Below are positions 19,001 through 25,008 of a DNA stretch of 32,000 nt, piece by piece. The notes under the pieces were generated by a model. It was not told where the DNA came from. It saw only the letters and a program-made list of their open reading frames with translations, and did not search any database. The position numbers and the translations under genes are program-made. The stretch covers positions 30,001-62,000 of the forward strand of contig CP095464.1 in assembly GCA_021294815.2 (NCBI GenBank), in the 5' to 3' direction. Each line of letters begins with the position of its first letter. Position 1 is the stretch's first letter. The DNA is from Verrucomicrobiota bacterium. Lineage in GTDB: Bacteria > Verrucomicrobiota > Verrucomicrobiia > Opitutales > LL51.

Positions 19001-19492
19001 ATCGTCGGGGACTGAAAAATCCCCCCCTTCAACAATATGAAATACGCCTTTTGTCGTGCGTTTATCGATTTTGGGATTATGCAAAATGCCCTGGTAGACA
19101 CGATAACTATCGATGTGCTCGGAATGAAATTCATCCGCATCGGGCGGTAATGAAAGCACGCGTGCGACACCATGACGGTCGGTCACAAAAGTATGGCGTG
19201 GGATCCAGTCGTGCTTTTCTTTGTCTGGAATTTCGGCAAAATAGCGTTCGCAAAAATCGATAATCCGTTGGTCGGAGGGACAGTTATAATCTGCCAATAG
19301 GCGTCGAAAATTATTCGTCGAGGCCAGTAGCGGCTCTGCAATTCGCGCAATTTGAAGGTCTTGACGATGGCTACCTTTCCAGCCTAATGCCATCAAACCT
19401 AAGTTCACATACTCATGGAGCGTCGGATCATTCAGGATTGGTGTTTTTCGCGATGCCCCATAGCCCAACGCACGCTCGATGTCCGTAATCAT
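16058..19492 (-). CDS. Large (1144 aa) soluble protein; tentatively PPi-dependent phosphoenolpyruvate carboxykinase family
   Basis: A single uninterrupted 1144-aa ORF with no TM segments or signal peptide. It has a phosphate-loop-like STVSGGGKSEISK. Its size matches the ~130-kDa PPi-PEPCK class known from Propionibacterium and Entamoeba. I do not recognise it as any other ~1100-aa enzyme family. The coding status is solid, but the functional call is weak. Confidence 0.45.
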   Translation of the reverse strand: MITDIERALGYGASRKTPILNDPTLHEYVNLGLMALGWKGSHRQDLQIARIAEPLLASTNNFRRLLADYNCPSDQRIIDFCERYFAEIPDKEKHDWIPRHTFVTDRHGVARVLSLPPDADEFHSEHIDSYRVYQGILHNPKIDKRTTKGVFHIVEGGDFSVPDDKIEVPKLTFVRLLAYACHPPKNLLELPFTATQRQKAYTFVSGYLKPIVCPAVPNYCCEKRMEIRFFVPGSLVNFLDMAESIFGNAGSPMSPENDPALDPERWTGHTGCIIVAPHLTKLTKKELGLPHISEATERQRRDGMCWEHEDEIYHNGKPFKVMARDKSGVIFSIIADSYNGYGKKEIKTQMSYSANLYGLCEEEHSGGTLANPRYNLGDDFQMDYIAPSNQSFSALCSQYADKIDFKKEGYGVDRQYSDILYVPEDAHFSAKEQQITWKNMMLRIVPNWTYVLPNGYQVELQKNPHSGQWQLIGTVGEGIFCHKPSTVSGGGKSEISKSIDDNISVGSAVIVDFEKDCDEVDKILNMDFSNRYKDRSKKTLKILDRRRSLGSIIKMFQQSDEQTDEYNRWLTTVSPNIRELIYLIKLHYRESWGSDWKSHFSVDLVNGMAGHELKYLNQKVVAHYLRIGVRSDHSWNLFSLREDFRSARKISMEDDITASVTVPVRQLPGLEKPYDSVKFVENCEYRLYQRPDDAIDPGYDHEAEREMTWDDTFICNYKPLTKDDVQKIVDNSIQFSRYTPPMQTFLKQFLEDPHAPKYVVCPSQQRVMPDGSLSSNMRYLQDRKDITEARTMYLTEMGMRLARGLRAEMPVYFAADAVIAGRRNNPPEPGIRPLSVHNPLHYLELPELFMEFASNMTGKSPSTTGAGLEGVMTKGPFNAISQIVDLNNAFLSFVVSGYEGFISSAGMIGPKIKVGHDISYLIPEIFSRMRPEERDPRCLIEGGYLERCKDFDYQGKHVEAGRLGYRINRKFVTTFLGRILTSPETVFPEAMLQPEQQDMAVFVDSIENIVDAHRRAALRFFDDHTIRYACPPVLALLHVMAYGEYQGMKLHDPAFRALFDRKTILASDWYHERLLACQKIRVLHLHRCIRRMRAFIAQKANASYTRSMRIRKRVHDCYEQLKYLTSDQYLHDIEGTIGADPMVL

Positions 19493-19499
19493 ACGAAAT

Positions 19500-19528
19500 A
19501 TTGTAAAAATTTTACATTAAAATCAATT
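19500..19528 (-). promoter_or_regulatory. Candidate promoter of the 1144-aa gene, with an overlapping palindromic operator-like site
   Basis: On the minus strand a -10 TACAAT (19505-19500) is followed by exactly 7 nt (ATTTCGT) and then the ATG at 19492. A -35-like TTGATT lies with a 15-nt spacer (AATTGA at 17 nt). The inverted repeat TGTAAAA-N-TTTTACA (19502-19516) overlaps the -10 and the spacer. Confidence 0.4.
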
Positions 19529-19591
19529 CTTTTGCACCTATACGCCACGGATTGAAAAATAAATTCGTCAAAAGTTTTCTTTTTAAAAAAG

Positions 19592-20242
19592 ATGGGTTGT
19601 GTGAATGAGCGCATTGAATTCGATCGCCAATTTTTCAATCAATTTCCCGTACTCATCGGTATTGACGAAGCGGGGCGTGGTCCTTTAGCAGGACCCGTTG
19701 TTGTATGCGGCGTCTCTATTCACAAAGACCATTTTAATAATATTGCGCGTTTGGACTGGATCGAAGATATCGATGACTCCAAAAAGCTATCACCTCGGAA
19801 ACGCGAAGGGCTGTTTGAGAAACTCCTAGAACTGCGAAACCAACATATTTTAGACTTTATTACCTGTGGAATCGATGCTGCAACCATCGATCGCATCAAT
19901 ATTTTAGCGGCAACCACTCAAGGGATGATTCGCGTCGTCGAGCGTTTATTTACAAAGAACAAAGCCGAAGAAATCCTTATTGATGGCAATCCCATTAAAA
20001 ACTTTCCCTTTCCTCATCGAGGTATTGTTGGCGGTGACGGAAAGAGCGCCTGTATCGCTATAGCTTCCATCATCGCTAAGGTCACACGAGATCATATTAT
20101 GACCGCTTTTGATCGGAAATATTCCGTATACAATTTTGCCCAACACAAAGGTTATGGAACGGCGGCCCACATACAGGCTATTCGAACATACGGCCTGTCA
20201 CCAATCCATCGTCAAACGTTTTGCAGAAAATTTTTAGCATAA
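19592..20242 (+). CDS. rnhB: Ribonuclease HII
   Basis: IGIDEAGRGPLAGPVVVCGV (DEAGRG catalytic motif), DDSKKLS, and the C-terminal KGYGTAAH. Confidence 0.9.
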   Translation: MGCVNERIEFDRQFFNQFPVLIGIDEAGRGPLAGPVVVCGVSIHKDHFNNIARLDWIEDIDDSKKLSPRKREGLFEKLLELRNQHILDFITCGIDAATIDRINILAATTQGMIRVVERLFTKNKAEEILIDGNPIKNFPFPHRGIVGGDGKSACIAIASIIAKVTRDHIMTAFDRKYSVYNFAQHKGYGTAAHIQAIRTYGLSPIHRQTFCRKFLA

Positions 20243-20973
20243 AATACACGATCAAGGCACAACCCATGCGCGGGCGCAGTAACAATTTTCTCGCGTCGTT
20301 CTTTTTTCTCTAGGCAATCCCATACATAATCGGCCGTCAATGCGCCACGCCCCACTTGAAGTAAGGTTCCTGCAATCGTCCGAACCATTTTATACAAAAA
20401 ACCGCTTCCTTCGACTATGAGCTGTAACTTTTTGCCTTCTTGCTGAAATTCAAGGCGATAAAGCGTTTTTTCAGGATTTACAGCTTTTCCATCGCGATGG
20501 ATAGCGGCCAGAGCTGTAAAATCGTGTGTTCCTAAAAATTGTTGCGCTAATTGCTCGATGGCCACCAGGTCCACTGGACGATCGCCGACAGACCAATAGT
20601 AACGCGTCTCAAAGGGCAACGCTTGACCAAGGTAAAATCGGTAAATATAACGCTTTCGAATCGCCGAAAATCGAGCATGAAAGGACGCATCGGCCTCTGT
20701 GATAGAGGTAATTTGAATATCCTTTCGAAGACCTGAAGAAAGTGCTCTTAATAGTTTCTCAGGCCCATGTTTCCACTCCGCATCGAAATGAAAAACTTGG
20801 CCGCGTGCATGGACACCGGCATCGGTCCGCCCGGCACCATGAACCCGAATCAACCTTTTGAAAATCGCGCTTAATCGTGCTTCAATTGTATCCTGAACGG
20901 TATTACCACCGACCTGACTCTGCCAACCTTCAAAATCGGTTCCATCATACGCACAAGTACAGCGCCAACGCAT
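20212..20973 (-). CDS. truA: tRNA pseudouridine(38-40) synthase
   Basis: YDGTDFEGWQSQ and the catalytic-Asp motif GAGRTDAGVHARGQV. I place the start at the ATG at 20973 (MRWRCTCAYDG), 5 nt after the lepB stop. The longer track ORF to 21066 would overlap lepB. Confidence 0.9.
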   Translation of the reverse strand: MRWRCTCAYDGTDFEGWQSQVGGNTVQDTIEARLSAIFKRLIRVHGAGRTDAGVHARGQVFHFDAEWKHGPEKLLRALSSGLRKDIQITSITEADASFHARFSAIRKRYIYRFYLGQALPFETRYYWSVGDRPVDLVAIEQLAQQFLGTHDFTALAAIHRDGKAVNPEKTLYRLEFQQEGKKLQLIVEGSGFLYKMVRTIAGTLLQVGRGALTADYVWDCLEKKERREKIVTAPAHGLCLDRVFYAKNFLQNV

Positions 20974-20978
20974 GAATT

Positions 20979-22238
20979 TTAATGGGAAATCCCCCAGCGC
21001 TTCGTGAATGGATAGAGAATAAAGACCGCCTTCCCGACAACCTCTTTCTCTGGAACAAAGCCCCAATAGCGGCTATCGGAACTCTCGGGCGAATTGTCAC
21101 CCATCGCGAAAAAACAGTGATTGTCGACGTATACGCTCTGATCCTCACTCAGGAGCCCGACATTCGTATAGCCCGGATAACCATTGCGTTGTTGGTTGTC
21201 GAAAGCGAATGCCTCCGCGCCCTCAATCGGCTTCCCATTGCGCCATAACTCCGGCGGCCTCACTTCGAGCTGATCACTGGGGATTCCGGCCAGACGCTTA
21301 ATGAAATACTTATCCTCGCCATGCAACCCCTCGATATTACGAGTCCGGAAAACAAATGGATCGCCCACTTTCGGTCGCGTAAAGTGATAGCAAAATTTGT
21401 TTACGAATAGCATATCTCCCGATAAAATATCGAAGTTCAAGACCGGCTCACCCTCCTTCTTTTCGATGCCCGTATTGAGATAAAATACGCGCTTACCGTG
21501 TTCGTTATAACGGTGTAGCCGATGATGAGACCGCTGTTCTAAAACCTCTATCCAAGAGTGTTTTCCAGGAAAGAATGCCTCCAGGACGACATCGTCGATG
21601 TTAAATTCCAACGGTACTTGAAACGTCACTGGCTGATCACCCACACGAAACGTGTACTCACGCTTTTTCGAAGGAACGATGCCTAAAATTGGCGCATCTA
21701 CTACCCGATAACAAAGATTGCCGCCATAAGGCCCCATTTGGTCCCTATGCAGGGCGACTGGTACAAAAATATCCCCCGCTGCCGGCGCATTTACCTGGTA
21801 ATGCGATGCACCATAAAGTGCCCAACGCTTCAGACGCTCGCCCCAATTTTGAGTACTTTTGGTGAATTCGTACTGCATACCAGCGTAGGTCGGGTACATC
21901 GAATTCGTCGGGATCTCAAAAGGTTGAAAGAAAAACGTACGGATTGCCAGCGCTAGGATTGCCGCAAACAAAAAGACCTCTACATTCTCTACAAGGCCGG
22001 TCATAGGATAGATATCGCCACCGATATCGGCAAAAATCTTTTCGACCTCCGTAAACTTCTCTGTCGCTGAAGGCATAGGTAAATCGGCGGCCTCTCCAAT
22101 TAGCCTTTTGGCACGCAGCAGCGCACTCCATTGGTCTGCGGTTAAAACATCGCCGCGATAATCTTCTATCTTTTTGGCGAGCAGCAAAAAGTCCTTTGCA
22201 AGGCGCTTCGCCGGGTATTTCTTTTTGAAGAAAAACAT
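20979..22238 (-). CDS. lepB: Signal peptidase I with a large internal insertion
   Basis: All S26 boxes are present: TNSMYPT (catalytic Ser), GDMLFVNKF, YFIKRLAGIPSD (catalytic Lys) and GDNSPESSDSRYWGFVP. The track start at 22250 is TTG. The ATG at 22238 is preferred because it forms a TAATG overlap with the upstream peptidase stop. Confidence 0.85.
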   Translation of the reverse strand: MFFFKKKYPAKRLAKDFLLLAKKIEDYRGDVLTADQWSALLRAKRLIGEAADLPMPSATEKFTEVEKIFADIGGDIYPMTGLVENVEVFLFAAILALAIRTFFFQPFEIPTNSMYPTYAGMQYEFTKSTQNWGERLKRWALYGASHYQVNAPAAGDIFVPVALHRDQMGPYGGNLCYRVVDAPILGIVPSKKREYTFRVGDQPVTFQVPLEFNIDDVVLEAFFPGKHSWIEVLEQRSHHRLHRYNEHGKRVFYLNTGIEKKEGEPVLNFDILSGDMLFVNKFCYHFTRPKVGDPFVFRTRNIEGLHGEDKYFIKRLAGIPSDQLEVRPPELWRNGKPIEGAEAFAFDNQQRNGYPGYTNVGLLSEDQSVYVDNHCFFAMGDNSPESSDSRYWGFVPEKEVVGKAVFILYPFTKRWGISH

Positions 22239-23326
22239 TACAAAATCCAATCGTAAGGAAAATTCGACAAAAGTTCTGCCGAAGACTCGCGAATTACGAC
22301 AACATCCTCGATGCGTACACCGCCAATATCCGGGTAATAAAGCCCTGGCTCAACAGTCACAACCATTCCTTCTTTGAGCTCGACATTTTGCTTACCAATA
22401 CCTGGTGCTTCATGAAGTTCGAGACCAACCCCATGTCCGGTCGCGTGAAAAAATCCCATATTATCAGTCGTCTCGTAACCGAGGTTTTCAAACAATGCGA
22501 TATTTTTTTCATGAATCGAGGCCGCCTTAACGCCAACCTTAAGGGCCTCAATCGTACGATCATGTACCATCTGGACCGCGTCATAGACCGCTTTCTGAGT
22601 TTCCGTGGGCTGTCCTTTTAAAAATGTTCGCGTCATATCGCCGTAATAACCAGACTCTCGAAGGCGCGGAAAAATGTCGATTACGACAAATTCATTCGCC
22701 CGAATCCGCCCAGAACCACGGAAGTGAGGACATGCTGCAGAACGTCCGCAGGCAACAATCGTTTCTTGCGCCAGAGCTCCGTTTTGGAAACAAACATTTT
22801 CAATTTCGTGACGTACACGCTCCGATGTGAGGTATTCCCCGTCGAGCCATAGATCGTCGTTTGTCACTTCGGCTAGGGAAAGCATCATTTTCGCCCTCTC
22901 AAACGCCAATGCGGTTACGCGACAAGCTTCGCGGATTTGATCACATTCTTCAGCGGTTTTAGTAGTGCGCTCTGGCAGAAACTCATCTTCAGCAATCGCG
23001 TACGGCAGTTCTTCTTTTTGAATTTTCAGTAATAGTGCCGCTGGGAAATTTTTTGGCAATAAAAGCGTCTCATCGGGATAACGCTCGCTAATGGCTGCAA
23101 TTAAATTAATGAGTTTTGGCTCTCCTTCTGGGACCAAATCTTTGGGTAATAAAACCCCATCAAATGCCGATTGCTCACGCATCGCGGCAAACTCGAGTTC
23201 ATTTGCTACAGCATAACGTTGACCCTCAACCTCAAACGCCAGAAACGCATCGGTCGTAAAAAAATGCCCCCAGTAGAGCAAATTTGCATTGGTCGCAGGC
23301 GTCGCATAAATCAATCGAATAGCCAT
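22238..23326 (-). CDS. M24B-family Xaa-Pro peptidase (aminopeptidase P / prolidase type)
   Basis: The metal-ligand motifs of the pita-bread fold are present: VIDIFPRLRESGYYGDMTRT, HATGHGVGLELHEAP, VVTVEPGLY and GGVRIED. Confidence 0.8.
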   Translation of the reverse strand: MAIRLIYATPATNANLLYWGHFFTTDAFLAFEVEGQRYAVANELEFAAMREQSAFDGVLLPKDLVPEGEPKLINLIAAISERYPDETLLLPKNFPAALLLKIQKEELPYAIAEDEFLPERTTKTAEECDQIREACRVTALAFERAKMMLSLAEVTNDDLWLDGEYLTSERVRHEIENVCFQNGALAQETIVACGRSAACPHFRGSGRIRANEFVVIDIFPRLRESGYYGDMTRTFLKGQPTETQKAVYDAVQMVHDRTIEALKVGVKAASIHEKNIALFENLGYETTDNMGFFHATGHGVGLELHEAPGIGKQNVELKEGMVVTVEPGLYYPDIGGVRIEDVVVIRESSAELLSNFPYDWIL

Positions 23327-23329
23327 AGC

Positions 23330-23965
23330 TTACAGCTGCTTGAGAACGGCAGTCGCTTGCTCTTGCCAATAAGACGAATGATCGCGGTGTGTAAGCTTAT
23401 TAAAAACATCCTTTGCACGCGCAACTTCCTGTCGTCCCCACAGGCTCATTCCCAATAGCCACATCGCCTTCCCCTGGATTGATCCTGGATACTTTGTGCT
23501 TCCCGCAATATTGTTGAGAAGTTTTTCACCCTCTTCGAGAGCACCAGAACGTATCAGTGAAACGGCTTCTTCAATCTCCGCCTTTCCGCCGAATGGACTA
23601 TAGCCAAAGGCTGCGACCGCACGACGGTAGTAATCCGCCGCTGTTTTAAAGTCCGCCTGAGCATAAGCGCGCGCCCCTAGGGTTTCAAAAAACGTTCCTG
23701 CGAGCTTAGTACTGGCATACTTTTTCGCAAACGGCTCAATATCACCGCTAAGAACCGCACTATTGTAATCCCGCTCGCGGACGTGTGTTACAACTGTTTT
23801 TCCAACCGTAACAATGATTGCCAAAAGCACAATAATCGCGAACACGATACCCATCTGTTTCAACGCCGACAAATGCTGCGCAAAAAATACCCACGCCCGA
23901 TCGCCAAACGATACGGACGCCTGAATCTCGCCCTCCGGCGCTTCCCCTAACGGCTCCTCACTCAT
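23330..23965 (-). CDS. Single-pass membrane protein with a TPR-like periplasmic domain (YfgM-like architecture)
   Basis: From the ATG at 23965 the product begins MSEEPLGE. It has a TM GIVFAIIVLLAIIVTVG, followed by helical repeat-like segments (AQADFKTAADYYRRAVAAF, AMWLLGMSLWGRQEVARAKDVFNKL). The first 29 codons of track ORF 23330..24052 are actually the tRNA-Leu gene. Confidence 0.5.
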   Translation of the reverse strand: MSEEPLGEAPEGEIQASVSFGDRAWVFFAQHLSALKQMGIVFAIIVLLAIIVTVGKTVVTHVRERDYNSAVLSGDIEPFAKKYASTKLAGTFFETLGARAYAQADFKTAADYYRRAVAAFGYSPFGGKAEIEEAVSLIRSGALEEGEKLLNNIAGSTKYPGSIQGKAMWLLGMSLWGRQEVARAKDVFNKLTHRDHSSYWQEQATAVLKQL

Positions 23966-23976
23966 ACAACTGCGGG

Positions 23977-24058
23977 TGTTTAGGAGGGGACTCGAACCCC
24001 TATGCCTCTCGGCACTGCCGCCTGAAGACAGCGTGTCTACCAATTCCACCACCTAAAC
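23977..24058 (-). tRNA. tRNA-Leu (anticodon CAG), class II with a long variable arm, CCA not encoded
   Basis: The minus-strand sequence is GTTTAGGTGGTGGAATTGGTAGACACGCTGTCTTCAGGCGGCAGTGCCGAGAGGCATAGGGGTTCGAGTCCCCTCCTAAACA. The acceptor stem is GTTTAGG/CCTAAAC and the D-loop is GGAATTGGTAGAC. The anticodon stem is CTGTC/GGCAG with loop TTCAGGC, and the T arm is AGGGG-TTCGAGT-CCCCT. It is very similar to E. coli tRNA-Leu(CAG) as I recall it. Confidence 0.92.
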
Positions 24059-24069
24059 GCTTTCGTTGG

Positions 24070-24097
24070 AAGATCGTTATTCTGGGATTTTTGTCAA
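24070..24097 (-). promoter_or_regulatory. Candidate promoter for tRNA-Leu and the downstream operon
   Basis: On the minus strand TTGACA (24097-24092) is followed by a 16-nt spacer and a weak -10 GATCTT (24075-24070). The tRNA 5' end lies 11 nt downstream. Motif match only. Confidence 0.3.
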
Positions 24098-24199
24098 GCT
24101 AGTGCGTTATGCGTCCGACGATTTTCTAAGCGCTTGTTGGGAATCATAATCTGGATTGAACTTGATAAAGCCGATACCGAATTTAGACTGTCGTACGCT

Positions 24200-24958
24200 A
24201 TGCGGATCAAAGTTTTGCTGGGATTGGGAATTTTTTCCGGCGTGATTTTCGCGGGCTACTATGGATATCGTAAGGTATCCGATGCCTCTACTATGGCCGA
24301 GTTTTTTCCTAAAGACAGCGTATCAGGAAAAATATTTTTATTAGGCGAAGGCCACAACGATGAATGCTGTCTCAAAAAGGAAATCGAATACTGGAAGCAC
24401 TGCTATGATACCTATGGCTTCCGACATCTATTCGTTGAAGAATCTTACGCAACCGCACAATTTTTAAATCTCTGGATGCAATCCGACAACGATGAGATTT
24501 TGGATCAGTTAGAACAAGATTGGGAACGCGCTCACCTTGATAGTTTCGGACCTAACGTGATAAAATTTTTCAAAGCCATCAAAGATTCCTGTCCCTTAAC
24601 GATCTTCCATGGCACAGACGTCGCGCATCTCTTTAAATCGACGGACCAGCGATATCTTGAATATTTAGAGGCACAGGGACAAAAAGATTCCGAAGCCTAT
24701 CAGCGCACTCAAGACAATATCCAACAAGGAAAATACATTTACCGAGACAACGGATTCGACTGGGATACACGCGAATTCATGATGGTCCAAAATTTCATAC
24801 GCGAATTTGATACACTTGGCGGACTCGGTATTATGGGCATCTATGGTTCCGCTCATCTCTATCGCGAATGTTTCCAAAAAATTACCGTTCCCCGCATGAT
24901 CGAACAGTTAATAGAACATTACGGCAAGATCGTTCGCGGTAAATTCGCCGGAAACTAA
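24200..24958 (+). CDS. Membrane-anchored or exported protein, possible ChaN/Tiki/erythromycin-esterase-superfamily member
   Basis: From the ATG at 24200 the product starts with the signal anchor MRIKVLLGLGIFSGVIFAGYYG. The motifs FLLGEGHND, LFVEESYATAQFLNLW and GIYGSAHLY resemble the GE.H ... E ... G..H pattern of the ChaN/Tiki superfamily. The assignment is tentative. Confidence 0.4.
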   Translation: MRIKVLLGLGIFSGVIFAGYYGYRKVSDASTMAEFFPKDSVSGKIFLLGEGHNDECCLKKEIEYWKHCYDTYGFRHLFVEESYATAQFLNLWMQSDNDEILDQLEQDWERAHLDSFGPNVIKFFKAIKDSCPLTIFHGTDVAHLFKSTDQRYLEYLEAQGQKDSEAYQRTQDNIQQGKYIYRDNGFDWDTREFMMVQNFIREFDTLGGLGIMGIYGSAHLYRECFQKITVPRMIEQLIEHYGKIVRGKFAGN

Positions 24959-25008
24959 AACGTGTACCGTACTTGACGCCGCATCGCTTCTTGATAGCTT
25001 TAGGTGCA

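Noticed and set aside
23966-24052. The N-terminal 29 codons of track ORF 23330..24052 (MVELVDTLSSGGSAERHRGSSPLLNTRSC).
   Set aside because: This stretch is the tRNA-Leu(CAG) gene read as protein. The CDS more plausibly starts at the ATG at 23965.
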